Translations under genes and position numbers: made by a program
Notes under the pieces: model-generated
The model's database searches: none
Seen by the model: only the letters and a program-made list of their open reading frames with translations
Told to the model about the DNA's origin: nothing
Part shown: positions 1-11,177 of the stretch, in pieces
How the letters are laid out: each line of letters starts with the position of its first letter
Position numbering within the stretch: the stretch's first letter is position 1
Source of the DNA: an uncultured Gemmatimonadales bacterium
GTDB lineage: Bacteria; Gemmatimonadota; Gemmatimonadetes; Gemmatimonadales; Gemmatimonadaceae
Assembly (NCBI GenBank): GCA_963701965.1
Contig: OY969695.1
Coordinates: 1-64,000 of the forward strand
Direction of reading: 5' to 3'
Length of the DNA: 64,000 nucleotides

Positions 1-576
1 TCGTGCGCTCCCAGATCTGCAGCAGCTCGGTCTGCAGGACGACGCGCGTCTGCGCGTCGATTGCGCCGAAGGGCTCGTCCATAAGCAGGATGTCAGGGTC
101 CATGATCAGCGTGCGCGCGAGCGCCACCCGCTGCTTCATGCCGCCCGAGAGCTCCTTGGGGAGTGCTTCTCGAAGCCGCTCAGGTGAACCATGTCGATGA
201 AAGCCTGAGCCCGCTCGCGGCGCTCGCGGCGCGGCACGCCGCGCTCGGCGAGCCCGTACATCACGTTGCCCAGCACAGTTTTCCAGGGGAAGAGCACGAA
301 CTCCTGGAAGACGATGCCGCGCGAAGGATCGGGACGCTGCACCGGCGCGCCGTCGACCGTCAGCGTGCCGCCGCTCGCTTTGACAAAGCCGCCGACGATG
401 TACAGGAAGGTCGACTTGCCGCAGCCCGACGGACCGACGATGGAGATGAATTCGCCGGCCCGCGCCACGAGATCGATGCCGTCGATCGCCCGCACCTGGC
501 CGCGCGGACTCTCGAACAGCTTGCAGACGCCGCGGGCCTCGATCTTGAGCGACGCCGCCGGCTGCGCTTCGGTCAA
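1..576 (-). CDS. NitT/TauT-type ABC transporter ATP-binding subunit (runs off window; apparent indels near 160 and 20)
   Basis: Walker [10 protein letters not shown] and Q-loop VFQEF in ORF 136..1485. The signature [13 protein letters not shown] and LLMDEPFG continue in another frame. Probable TTG start at 576. Confidence 0.85.
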
Positions 577-577
577 C

Positions 578-1622
578 TCAGCGTCCGATGATGCTGAGTG
601 GCGACAGGTAGTCGCGCACCTTGTAATCGTTCTTGATGCCGTCCTGCTTGCGGAAGAACTCCCACTCTTTCTGCAACGCGTCGACGCTGATCGCGCCGTC
701 CTTCGGACGAAAGAAGTCCTGCCGGGTGAGCAGGAAGGGGTCCATGACCTTGACCGGGATCTTCGTCGCGGCGGAGTCCGCGGCGACGACCTGTCGCGGT
801 TGGCCGGATCGGCCATCCAGCGCGCGACCGTGACCCAGTCCTCCTGGAACTTCCTGATCGTCTCCTGGTTGCCGTCGACGAACTCCTTGCGGCAGGCGTT
901 GAGCAACTGCACGAACGGGTCGATCTCGTCGGTGAGGCGAAACATCGGCTTCACCTTGCCGGTCGCGTTGATCGCGTTGTAGAACGGCTGCGGGTACAGG
1001 CCCATGTCGGCGCGCCCGGACAGCAGCGTCTCGACCATCTGACCGAAGGGAACCTCGACCTTCTTGTAATCCTTGTTGGGAAGGAGGCCGGTCTTTTGCT
1101 TGATGTAGAAATCCTGCACGTAGTCGGTCGAGCCGCCGATCGCGGAGGTGGCCACGATCTTGCCCTTCAGGTCGGCGAGCGAGTTGATGCCCGAATCCGT
1201 CTTCACCATCCAGGCGGTGGAGAAGTTGGGCTGGCGTTCCTCGATGAATTCGCCCAGGAGCGTGATGTTCGCCCCCTGGTCGATGCCGTTGGCGACCGAC
1301 AAGCCGCCCACGGTCGCGCAGTCGAGCGTGCCTGCGGCCAAACCCTGCACGCCGAGCGCCGTGCCGGGGAACTGCTGCCACTGGACCCGGTACCACTTGT
1401 CCAGGTTCGGGGCGACCTCCGGGAACTTCATCATCACGTACTTGATGTCTTCTGCGGGAATCCCCCAGCCCATCCGGATCGTCACCGGATTCGCGGGGGG
1501 CTCGCCGACGACCCGCCAGGCGCATCAGCAGCCAACGCGACCGAGCTCGCGCCGCTCCAGCCAATGACCAGACCCGCCAACACCGCGACCCTCCCCGCTT
1601 CGCTGCGTCGTAGCACTCGCAT
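578..1622 (-). CDS. ABC transporter substrate-binding protein, SsuA/THI5 type (split by apparent indels near 1500 and 790)
   Basis: ATG at 1622 after an AGGAGG RBS, then a signal-like N-terminus. The body has the motif SGINSLADLKGKIVA. The C-terminus (VVAADSAATKIP...) is in ORF 578..1564. Confidence 0.8.
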
Positions 1623-1641
1623 TCGTCCTCCTTGAAGAGAC

Positions 1642-1653
1642 ATTGTCGACATT
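1642..1653. promoter_or_regulatory. Possible GntR/FadR-type operator in a divergent promoter
   Basis: ATTGTCGACATT, with palindromic core TGTCGACA, in the AT-rich 75-bp gap between divergent genes. Confidence 0.3.
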
Positions 1654-1697
1654 CAACTTTATGAAGTAATGTACGGCCCCGACCCAGCTCCTGTCAG

Positions 1698-2770
1698 ATG
1701 AGAATCGCCATTCGGGAGGCGGCAACGGCTGCTACGCCGCCGCTGCCGACCTCGCCGAAGCAGGGCACCGCGTGTCGCTGTGGCGGCGCGACGCCGTCGC
1801 GCTGCAGCCGGTGATCGACACCGGGTCCATCATCTTGAAGGACGGCGAGGGCCGCCGCGAGGTGCCCCTGGCGCGGGCGACGGCCGACATCGGCGCAGCG
1901 ATCGCGGGTGCGGAGCTCGTCGTCATTCCGTCGCCGGCGATCGCCCAGGCCGATATCGCGCGCCGCATGGCGCCGCACCTGTCCGACGGTCAGGTGATAT
2001 TCCTGCCGCCGGGCACCTTCGGCAGCTTCGTCATGGCGCGCATCGCTCGCGAGGCGGGGAGCTCCGCCGACGTGGCCTGGGCCGAGACCGGCACCTTGCC
2101 CTATCTGGCGCGCAAGCACGGCGAGCGCGAGGTCAACGTGACGGTGCGCGCCGTGCGCCTGCCGACCGGCGTCTATCCGTCGCGACGTGCCGAGCAGGCC
2201 CTTGCCGTGATCCAGCGAGCGTTCCCTGGCGTGCACGGCTGTGGCGATGCGCTGTCGGGTGCGTTGATGAATGCCGGGCCCGTCATCCACCCGCCGCTGG
2301 TGGTAATGAATGCGGCGCCGCTGCAGCACTTCGAACGCTGGGACATTCACAACGAGGGCACGCAGCCGGCGGTTCGCCAGGTCACCGACCGTCTCGACCG
2401 CGAACGCATCGCCGTGCGCGAGGCGCTCGGCTACGGCGCGCCGCATTACCCCCTGGCCGATCACTACCTGAACGACCGCTGGATGTATGGCGACGCCCAC
2501 AAGAAGCTGATCAAGTCGGGCGACTGGCGCGAGCACATCGACCTGCTTCACCACCGCTATATCAGCGAGGACACCGAGCTCGGGCTCGCCTTTCTCGCCT
2601 CGGTGGCCCGCTGGACGGGCGTCGACGCCTCGATTGCGCACGGCCTGCTGGCCGTCGTCGGCGCCTTCCTCGGCCGCGATCTGCGCCAGGGCCCACGCAC
2701 GCTCGAGGCCCTCGGTCTTGCCGACCTCGATCGCGATGCGCTGAAGCAGCTGCTGCACGACGGCGAATGA
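1698..2770 (+). CDS. NAD/NADP octopine/nopaline dehydrogenase family protein (apparent indels in first ~20 codons)
   Basis: MRIAI.GGGNG Rossmann start, then AETGTLPY, NAGPVIHPP and HRYISED motifs of opine dehydrogenases. Confidence 0.85.
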
Positions 2771-3759
2771 CCATGGCACGCTTCGCCGCAGTGGGTGCCG
2801 GCCGGATGGGTCGCGGCATTGCCATCGCTTTCGCGTATGCCGGACACCGCATCTCGCTCGTCGACCTGCGCCCGCGCACGCCGGCGACCTGGGCGCGCCT
2901 GTGCGAGGAGGCCAGGGGCGAGATCCGCGGCGCGCTGGAAGGCCTCGCCGCGCTCGGCGCGGTAGCCCCGTCGCAGGTCGGCGCGATCGCCGATCGCGTG
3001 GCGCTTATCGACGCGGCGGGCGCTCCGGAGGCGCTGCGGGCTGCCGACCTCGTCTTCGAAGGAGTGCCGGAGACGCTCGAGGCCAAGCGCGAGGCCTTCG
3101 CGCAAATCGACCGCCATTGCCGCGACGACGCGATCCTCACTTCCACGACTAGCAGCATCCTCGTCACGCAGCTTGCGACGTTCGTGCGCCGGCCCGAGCG
3201 ATTCTTGAACATGCACTGGCTCAACCCCGCCTACCTGATTCCGGTCGTCGAGCTGAGCACGCACCCGGGCACGAATGCCGAGGTGCTCGCGCGCGTTCGC
3301 GAGCTCATGCAGTCGATTGGCAAGTTGCCCGTGGTGTGCGGGCCGGCGCCAGGCTACATCGTGCCGAGACTGCAGGCGCTGATCATGAACGAGGCGGCGC
3401 GCATGGTGGAGGAGGGCATCGCCAGCGCCGAGGAGATCGATAAGGCGACGCGCTACGGGCTCGGGCTGCGCTTTGCGGCACTCGGCGTCGTCGAGTTCAT
3501 CGACGTCGGCGGCTGCGACATTCTCCATCACGCCAGCCGCGAGATGGCGGGCTCGATCGACGCCGGCCGCTACCGAGCGCCGGCGATCATCGAGAGGATG
3601 GTCGCCGAGGGCCGGCTCGGACTGAAGAGCGGTGGCGGCTTCTACGACTACGCATCGCGCGACGTTGGCGCCTACCGGCGCGATGTGCTGTCGCGTACCC
3701 TCGGCATGCTGCGCCACGTCGGTCTCTGGCGCGCACCGGTCGACGAGACGCTATCGTGA
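2767..3759 (+). CDS. 3-hydroxyacyl(butyryl)-CoA dehydrogenase family protein
   Basis: GAGRMGRGIA, FEGVPE...K, HWLNPAYLIPVVE and PGYIVPRL motifs. ATGA overlap with the upstream gene. Confidence 0.85.
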   Translation: MTMARFAAVGAGRMGRGIAIAFAYAGHRISLVDLRPRTPATWARLCEEARGEIRGALEGLAALGAVAPSQVGAIADRVALIDAAGAPEALRAADLVFEGVPETLEAKREAFAQIDRHCRDDAILTSTTSSILVTQLATFVRRPERFLNMHWLNPAYLIPVVELSTHPGTNAEVLARVRELMQSIGKLPVVCGPAPGYIVPRLQALIMNEAARMVEEGIASAEEIDKATRYGLGLRFAALGVVEFIDVGGCDILHHASREMAGSIDAGRYRAPAIIERMVAEGRLGLKSGGGFYDYASRDVGAYRRDVLSRTLGMLRHVGLWRAPVDETLS

Positions 3760-4234
3760 TCTGCTGTGGTAAGCCGGAGTCGTGACGTCGTGATGGCGCG
3801 CGTCCGTCGCTCGTTCTCCGCCTGCCACCGGCAAATGCACTGGGCCGCGTGCGGGGGATGGGGCGCCACGTCCCGGCTTCTGGTCACGGACCCAGCCGTG
3901 GCCAGTCAACTCTCATGGTCGAACGTCAGTTGCTGTTCGGCCGACGCTGTTGATCGGGCGAGCGTCTGCTCCTTGGAGCGGCCAACCGGCGCTGTCGACC
4001 CGCTGCTGTCGGTCGTCTCGGCGAAATGCTAGGCGCGAAGCCGACATTGACGCCGCGTCGCCATTCCTCCCCCCGTGTCGGCCCTTCATCAACCATTCGA
4101 TCAGTGTTTCGCGCTAAGCGACGCGAGGATGTCATTGCCGCGCGATGCGAACTCAGGGCAGTCGCGCCGCTCTTGGCGCTGCGACCGGCTTCGACGAACC
4201 GGCGCAATAGACCCATGACCAGCGCGGTGCCCAT

Positions 4235-7200
4235 TTACGCCGCCCTAATTTCGGCAGCATGTTCATGGGCAACAGCCGGCGGCAAGATGAACGGCGTCGG
4301 TCGAGAAATACGGAAGCCCTGCGCATAGTCGACGCCGATTGCCTGCAGGATGGCCAGTGTTTCGACGGTTTCCACGGATTCCGCAATCGTGGCGATGCCC
4401 ATGATTTGGCCGACCTTGTTGATGGCCTCAACCATCGCACGATCGACCGGATCGTCTGCGATATCGCGGATAAACACGCCGTCGATCTTCAGATAGTCGA
4501 CGGGCAGGTGTTTGAGATAGCCGAACGACGAAAAGCCGCTGCCGAAATCATCCAAGGCAAAGCCGCAGCCGAGCCGCTTCAGCTCTTGAATGAAGTGCGT
4601 CGCTCTCGCGAAGCTAGCGATTGCTGCCGTTTCGGTGATCTCGAAACAGACGGCCGCATGGGGGACGCCGAACGTATCGAACTGCGAACGGACGAAGCCT
4701 AGAAAATCGTCCTCGCCGAGCGAGGCGCCCGACAGGTTGATGGCCCATCGGTGCGTTACGACCGGACCTTCCCGCGCAATGATGCTCGCGATTTCCTCGA
4801 AGCTGGTGGAGATGACGAATCGATCGATCGCGGGCATCATGCCGAATCGCTCAGCGATCGGGATGAACGCCATCGGTTCCACAATGGCACCGTCTTCGTC
4901 GATCATGCGTACCAGCAGTTCCTGGCGGCGTTCGGGTTTGCGGGCCGCCGAGACGACGATGATTTCCTGGGCGTACAGGCAGAACCGGCGTTCATGCACG
5001 GCCCGCCGCAGTCGTCCGACCCAATCGAGTTCTCCCTGCCGCGCGGCGACCTCGGTATCCGCGGGCTGGTAGACCTGGACGCGATTGCGCCCCTTCTTCT
5101 TGGCGACGTAGCAGGCGTCGTCCGCCGCGCGCATCAACTCGAGCAATTCAAGGCTGTCGTCGCAGAATGTGATGAGACCGATGCTGCCACCAATCTTGAA
5201 GATGTTTTCACCCGAAGCGAAACTGAAGCCCTGAATCGCATTGAGCAAGTCCTGCGCAATTCGCTGTGCCGACTGCGGCGGGCAGTCGTCCAGCAGCATC
5301 GCGAATTCGTCTCCCCCAAGACGCGCAACGCTATCGCGATTGCGAACGGCGGCGCGCAGTACGCCGGTGATTTGGCGCAGCAAATCGTCGCCGGCGGAAT
5401 GGCCGCAAGTGTCGTTGACGATCTTGAAGTGATCGAGGTCCAGGTACAGCAGAGCGTACCAGCGCTGCCCGGCATGGGTCTTTGCCAGCGCAGCATCTAG
5501 TCGGCGCTCGAACTCCCGGCGCGTGATGAGTCCGGTCAGCGCGTCGTGGCGCGCCACCCGCAGTTCCTCGCGTGCACGATCCAGACTCGCCGCCGCGCGT
5601 GCGATGTCCTCCTGCAGCAGATTGATGCTCGCCGCCATGGCACCGACTTCATCGCCAGACCGCACTTGGACAGGCACTACATCGACGCGAGCGTGTGCGG
5701 CGTCGAGGTCGCCGCGCCCCAAGGCGAGCAGCGCGTTGGAGAAGTTCGCCATCGCTCCCTTGGACATGGCGGTTGCCGCGTCCGAGACCTGCACCATGGC
5801 GTGAGCCAGGATCCCCGGCAATACCAGTCCGACGCTGATGCTCAAGATCGCAACGGCGACGAAGATGTCCTCGAGGATGCTGACGAGCGCGCCGCCTTGA
5901 TTGGGGACATTGCTCACCGCTAGCAGGTAGCCGGCGCCGTCAAGGGCGAGCACGAGGAGCATCGCGCCCGTGAGCTTGATATGCAGGGTATTGGCCACAC
6001 CGGGCAATCCCTGGCGTCGCCGATCACTGAACCGCCGCCACGCGTACAACGCCGATCCCGAGTAGGCAAACAGGACCCCGACCAATACAGTCGTCATCCC
6101 GAACTGCTGGAAGCCCAGCACCGCGGCGATGAACCAGATTGCGGTCGCTCCGAGCCCCGCGGCGATCAGCCCGCGCGGCGCACGATAGGGTCGTTGCGCC
6201 TCCGGATGGTTGCGTCGCAGTAGCCAGACCGCCACGTTGGGTAGGCAGATCGCGATGAGATAGGTGAAGTTCGCTGCCGCGATGAGCCAGATTGGATCGC
6301 CAAGCAGCAGGAAGAACACGGCCATGCCTGCTGTCAGACAGGTCGACACCCAAGGCACGTCGGTGCGCGATCGCTTCGCGAGCGCCCGCGGCAGCAATCC
6401 GTCTTCGGCGAGTTGCGAAATCGTCCGCGTCGCGCCCGCCAGGGGTTGCAACGTCCCGTGGAACATGTTGAACATCATGAACCAGATGGCCGCAGCCTTG
6501 GCAAAGCTGCCGAAGACCGGCGCGAACGTCGGCCCCAGGACCAGCATGAGGTCCTTGCCCAACTGCTCGGGGCCCAGCACGCCGAGCCAGACAAGGGGCA
6601 GTACGATGAAATAGAGCGACGCCATCGCGGCACTGGCCAGCATCGCACGCGGCACGTTCCTGCGGGGGTTGGCCATTTCGCCGACATGGCAGACGGCGGC
6701 CTCGAAGGCCGGCGCGGCAAAGCCGATCAGGTAAAGCCCCGCCATGAAACCGGTCAATTGACCGAACCATCCCTCGAAAGGCACCGTCAGGCGAAACGAT
6801 GTCGCTTGTTGCCAGTCCACCTTGCCGGCAGCAATTGGCGCGAACGCAGAGATGAAAGCCAAAAGTCCCGACGCTGTCGCGATCGGAATCGCGAGTCGGC
6901 CGGCCCATTTGACGCCACACAGATTGACTGCCGCGAAGAAGACGACCAGAGCGCAAGAAATGGCGGTGATGGGAATGTCCGGCAAGTACCATTCATGGAT
7001 TGCTGCGCCCGAGAAGATCGCGGTCAGGCCACAGGTCGGCACCCAGCCCCACCAGTAGCAAACGCCAGTGAGATTGGCCAATACCGGGTTGTAGGGACGA
7101 AAGGCCTCTGCGCAGGTCGCCGCGATGCCGCCAACCCGCTTCGGATACATGAGGACCAGTTCTGTCCACCCTGGCGCAGCGACCCAGGCCAGCAGGAGTC

Positions 7201-7387
7201 CGATGATTAGCAGTGGTACTGCGGCGCTTCCTTGACCAGCGATATCGCCTTGTCCTGCGAAGAGAGCCGCGATCAGGAAGAGGCTTTGGTTGCTGCCGCC
7301 CATGGCAAGCGCTGCGGCAGCGACCCAACCGAGCGTGCGAGGATGATCAGCCGCTTGTGTGCCCCCAGCATCCCCCGTCGACTCCAT
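4235..7387 (-). CDS. APC-family amino acid permease fused to HAMP-like, GGDEF and EAL domains
   Basis: About 450 hydrophobic permease-like residues (GEMANPRRNVPRAM, LAEDGLLP, PEAQRPYRAP), two further TM helices, a HAMP-like GDEVGAMA segment, HDALTGL, RLGGDEF, ELLVRM and DDFGSG...LKIDG, all in one uninterrupted ORF. Confidence 0.9.
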   Translation of the reverse strand: MESTGDAGGTQAADHPRTLGWVAAAALAMGGSNQSLFLIAALFAGQGDIAGQGSAAVPLLIIGLLLAWVAAPGWTELVLMYPKRVGGIAATCAEAFRPYNPVLANLTGVCYWWGWVPTCGLTAIFSGAAIHEWYLPDIPITAISCALVVFFAAVNLCGVKWAGRLAIPIATASGLLAFISAFAPIAAGKVDWQQATSFRLTVPFEGWFGQLTGFMAGLYLIGFAAPAFEAAVCHVGEMANPRRNVPRAMLASAAMASLYFIVLPLVWLGVLGPEQLGKDLMLVLGPTFAPVFGSFAKAAAIWFMMFNMFHGTLQPLAGATRTISQLAEDGLLPRALAKRSRTDVPWVSTCLTAGMAVFFLLLGDPIWLIAAANFTYLIAICLPNVAVWLLRRNHPEAQRPYRAPRGLIAAGLGATAIWFIAAVLGFQQFGMTTVLVGVLFAYSGSALYAWRRFSDRRRQGLPGVANTLHIKLTGAMLLVLALDGAGYLLAVSNVPNQGGALVSILEDIFVAVAILSISVGLVLPGILAHAMVQVSDAATAMSKGAMANFSNALLALGRGDLDAAHARVDVVPVQVRSGDEVGAMAASINLLQEDIARAAASLDRAREELRVARHDALTGLITRREFERRLDAALAKTHAGQRWYALLYLDLDHFKIVNDTCGHSAGDDLLRQITGVLRAAVRNRDSVARLGGDEFAMLLDDCPPQSAQRIAQDLLNAIQGFSFASGENIFKIGGSIGLITFCDDSLELLELMRAADDACYVAKKKGRNRVQVYQPADTEVAARQGELDWVGRLRRAVHERRFCLYAQEIIVVSAARKPERRQELLVRMIDEDGAIVEPMAFIPIAERFGMMPAIDRFVISTSFEEIASIIAREGPVVTHRWAINLSGASLGEDDFLGFVRSQFDTFGVPHAAVCFEITETAAIASFARATHFIQELKRLGCGFALDDFGSGFSSFGYLKHLPVDYLKIDGVFIRDIADDPVDRAMVEAINKVGQIMGIATIAESVETVETLAILQAIGVDYAQGFRISRPTPFILPPAVAHEHAAEIRAA

Positions 7388-7639
7388 AACAGAGCGATCT
7401 CCGCTGATTGTTCGCTGCCATTCTATTGGGGGGTTGGGCGAAGGAGGTTGTCTGCTTTGCGGCGTTGAATCGGCCGCCCCGACGGTCAGCTCGGGGTCGG
7501 TACTTCGAGTTCGAGCGGCTGTGAAGCGGTCGCCCGCACGGCGCGAATCGCCTCCTGAGGAGGCCTACGGCAGCAGTACCTCGTATAGCAGCCGTTCGAG
7601 CCCTCGTCGGTCGCCAAGGCCCATCGACTGCTTAATGCC

Positions 7640-8869
7640 GGCGAACTCAACCGGTCAACGCAACGGTTTGACTAAACATCTCAGCCGGGGTCTTGAAGCC
7701 GAGTGTCTTTCTTGGCCTCTCATTCAATTGTCTCGCGACCGCATTGAGCTTGGCTTGTGAGTAGCTCGAGATGTCGATGCCCATGGGCATGTACTGCCTG
7801 AGCAGGCCGTTCGTGTTCTCGTTGCTACCGCGCTGCCAAGGGCTGCGCGGGTCGCAGAAGTAGACCTGGATGTCGGTGGCGAGCGTGAAGCGCCTGTGAC
7901 CGGCCATCTCCTTGCCTCGATCCCAAGTCAGTGACTTGTTGAGCTCCTGGGGCAGCTTGCGGGTGGTCTTGATCAATGCGTCGACGACCGTCTCCGTGTC
8001 CTTGGCTGCAAGCTTGACGAGCATGAGGTAGCGCGTTTGGCGCTCCACCAGCGTCGCAATCTGGCTGTTGTTGGTGCCGAACAGCAGATCGCCTTCCCAG
8101 TGACCAGGCACAGCGCGATCCTCGACCGAAGCAGGGCGTTCGCTGATCGATACGGCGCCCAGGATCTGGCCATGGTTGTCAGTCTTTTGCGTGTGATGCC
8201 GAGACCGACGCATGGCGCGAGTGCGCCTCAGGTGCTGGAGGAGTTCCTTCTTCAGGGCGCCGCGCGCCTGGATGAAGAGACTTCGATAGATCGTCTCGTG
8301 TGACACGCGACAGCTCTCGTCGTGCGGATAGGCGCTGTTTGAGCCACCCGGCGATCTGTTCAGGTGACCACAGCAGCCGAAGCTTGTCGGTCACGATCGT
8401 CGCCAAGGCTCTGTCCTTAGCTAGTTTGCAGCACTTGGGACGCAGCGCTCGGGTCCACGCCGCCCGGTCTGCTTCGCTGGCGCGGTAGGCCGCTGGACCT
8501 CCATTGCGCCTGAGCTCGCGACTGACCGTCGATGGCGCTCGCCCGAGCTGCGTAGCGATCGAGCGGATCGATTCCCCCTCGGCCATTGCGCGGGAGATCT
8601 CCTCACGCTCCGAGAGCGTCAATGCGATCGCCGCACGAGTCCGTCGCGGTGGCTGGATGCCGCCGGTGCGCGACAAGATGCCCCGAACCGAGGTAGCAGC
8701 GCGATCGAACAGGTGCGCGATCTGGTGCAGCGTCCAGCCCTGCCTCCATCGCTCCCACATCACCGCCTTCTGAGCCTCTGTGTAATAGGTGCGCGTGCGG
8801 TACTTCATCGGCAACACTCCTGCTGCTCTCGCAGCGATCAGTGTGTTGCATCGACCGGTTGAGTTCGCC
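7640..8869 (-). mobile_element. IS30-family insertion sequence
   Basis: 25-bp terminal IRs at 7640-7664 and 8845-8869 (GGCGAACTCAACCGGTCRAYGCAAC, 2 mismatches). 3-bp flanking duplication GCC at 7637-7639 and 8870-8872. Confidence 0.93.
7647..8808 (-). CDS. IS30 transposase (frameshift near 8335)
   Basis: HTH (LGRAPSTVSREL), WSPEQIAG, GHWEGD, LTWDRGKEM and [18 protein letters not shown] motifs over two frames. Confidence 0.92.
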
Positions 8870-9437
8870 GCCAGTAAGCGTGAGTACCGCCGCCCGCCAC
8901 GACCGGCCGTAGTCGCTGCCAAGCCGCCGTCCAAGCTGACGGGAATACGATCTGCGACGGCTCGAAAGCAGTTCTCCGCCAATCGCGTCAGCCGTCCCTC
9001 CACCAATAAGGTATGCGGCAGCGTCCCCTGGGAGGGTGGTGGGTGACGGCCACCAAATCGCCCAGCGCTGTCGAGAAAGTCGGCGGAGAGCGCTCCCGGC
9101 GCAGCCGGCGCGATCAGTCCGGTAGTTCGCGTGTAGACGCGGGGCGCGTGGCAATCGGCGTGCGCGCGAGGCTCCTGATTCGCCCTGATGACCGGGGCGC
9201 ACTTCCATTACTAGACTGGTTGCGTGTGCCGCTCAACTGCCACACAGCCGCGGTGGTTTCTTTGGCGTCGGCTGCACATTCAAAGAGGCTTGTGAACGCA
9301 AGCGACCTCTTCGAACGCCAAGTCATGACGCACAAAGAGACGTTGCCGTTGTCTTTTGGTGACGCGCGGCGCGGCAGCATTTCGGTCCACATCGTGAATG
9401 CGCGCGATCGAAGGTCAACACAACAGAAGGAGACAGC

Positions 9438-10949
9438 ATGATTCATCGAATTCGCTTTGTTCAACCACCCGACTTCGCATGGGCCGTGCTGGGCAGGGCC
9501 CGCCGGTTGTATCGCGACCGCCTGCGCAGCTGGCTGCGAACGTCCTTCGCCATCGCGCTGGCCGCCTTGCTTGCACCCGCGTTCGCCGCCGTACCCAGCC
9601 CGCTTGTGACCGGCCCGATCGCCTCCGCGGGCACGCCCGGCGATACGGCCCACGACTACATCTTTTTCGCGACCACGCACGATCTGTCGACCCAGGGCTA
9701 CATCGAGCAGGAGTTTTTCATCGAAGGTACGGCGAACCGCTACACCACGCCCGCCGGTGCGACCGGCGCCATTGTCGACAGTGGCCACCCGTATCGCACC
9801 CGCGTTGTCGTGCGCCGGCCACTCAACGACAAGGACTTCAACGGCACGGTGCTTGTCGAATGGACCAACGTGACCAACGGCTTCGACGCCGAGAACGTCT
9901 GGTTCTTCGGCTGGGAGCACATGCTGCGGGCGGGCTATGCGTGGGTCGGCGTCTCGGCCCAGCACGTCGGCGTAGACGAGCTCAAGAGCTGGAGTCCCGC
10001 TCGCTACGGCGCGCTCGACGTGACTCAGGGAGGCACCATCACTGACGACTCGCTGTCGTACGACATCATGTCGCAGGCCGGTCAGGCGCTGCGCAACCCG
10101 CGCGGCATCGACATGCTCGGCAACCTCAAGGCCAAGCGTTACGTCGCGATCGGAGAATCGCAATCGGCAGCCCGGCTCGCCACGTACATCAATTCCGTGA
10201 TGCCGCTGGGCAACGTGTGGGACGGCGTGTTCCTGCAGTCGACCTTCGGCACTGCGATCCGCACCGACCTGCCCGTGCCGGTTTTCAAGGTCCTGTTCGA
10301 GTGGGACATCCAGACTGGCGAGGCCGCGGTGCGCCAGCCCGACACCCGCAAGTTCCATCGCTGGGAGGTCGCCGGCACGGCCCACGTCGATCATCACCTG
10401 CGGCTGAGCCGTGAACCACTCGAACTGCGCGATCTCGCGGTCTCGTCGGAAGCGGTACTGGCACCGCAGTGCGGGGTGCCGACGATCGGCTCGCGAGTTC
10501 CCAACCACTACGTCGTCGACGCCGCGCTCGATTCGCTAAACAAGTGGATCAAAAATGGCAAGGAGCCCGCGACCTCGCCGCTGTTCCAGATCGCGTCGTT
10601 CGGCCCGGGCCAGTCGGCGAAGATCGCGCGCGACAGCTACGGCATGGCGCTGGGAGGCATCAGGTTGTCGCAGATCGCGGTGCCCGCGGCGATCAATGTC
10701 GGCGAGAACACCGGCCCGTCAGCGTGTGCACGCTGGGGATATCACATTCCATTCGATATCCCGACGCTGGAATCCCTGTACCCGACCCACTCGGGCTACG
10801 TGCGCGACGTTATTCGCGTGACCAACGACAACCAGCGCGCCGGCTTCATCCTCGCGCCGGATGCGAACGCTACCGTGGGCGAAGCGCGCGAGTCGCGCGT
10901 CGGTAGCGGGCCATCGGACTCGGCACCACCGCAGTTCCCGGACGACTAA
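9438..10949 (+). CDS. Secreted alpha/beta-hydrolase-domain protein
   Basis: AGGAG RBS, signal-like segment, nucleophile elbow GESQSA, and FNGTVLVEW and WEVAGTAH motifs. Confidence 0.75.
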   Translation: MIHRIRFVQPPDFAWAVLGRARRLYRDRLRSWLRTSFAIALAALLAPAFAAVPSPLVTGPIASAGTPGDTAHDYIFFATTHDLSTQGYIEQEFFIEGTANRYTTPAGATGAIVDSGHPYRTRVVVRRPLNDKDFNGTVLVEWTNVTNGFDAENVWFFGWEHMLRAGYAWVGVSAQHVGVDELKSWSPARYGALDVTQGGTITDDSLSYDIMSQAGQALRNPRGIDMLGNLKAKRYVAIGESQSAARLATYINSVMPLGNVWDGVFLQSTFGTAIRTDLPVPVFKVLFEWDIQTGEAAVRQPDTRKFHRWEVAGTAHVDHHLRLSREPLELRDLAVSSEAVLAPQCGVPTIGSRVPNHYVVDAALDSLNKWIKNGKEPATSPLFQIASFGPGQSAKIARDSYGMALGGIRLSQIAVPAAINVGENTGPSACARWGYHIPFDIPTLESLYPTHSGYVRDVIRVTNDNQRAGFILAPDANATVGEARESRVGSGPSDSAPPQFPDD

Positions 10950-11177
10950 CTATCCGGTCTAACTCAACGGGGCGAGGCGGGCGCTGCCATCAGAGATGTG
11001 GAGCGCCCGTGGCCCAGCTTAGGGCAGCCTCCACGCGGTCGCGCCTGGCGCGGCAGCGAACTCACCCAGTCGGCCACAAGCCGTGCGCCTATCGAAGACG
11101 GCGAGGGCCTGGTAAAGACTAACTGCTGTCGGTCAGGTTTGGCCCGCGAATGACCGCTGGTGCCAAGACCGGCCAAT

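Noticed and set aside
136..1485. Substrate-binding protein-ATPase fusion
   Set aside because: Produced by an indel near 790. The binding protein's own C-terminus and stop (578) are in another frame.
1780..3759. 659-aa extended dehydrogenase
   Set aside because: The N-terminal half is an off-frame reading of the opine dehydrogenase. The real start is 2767.
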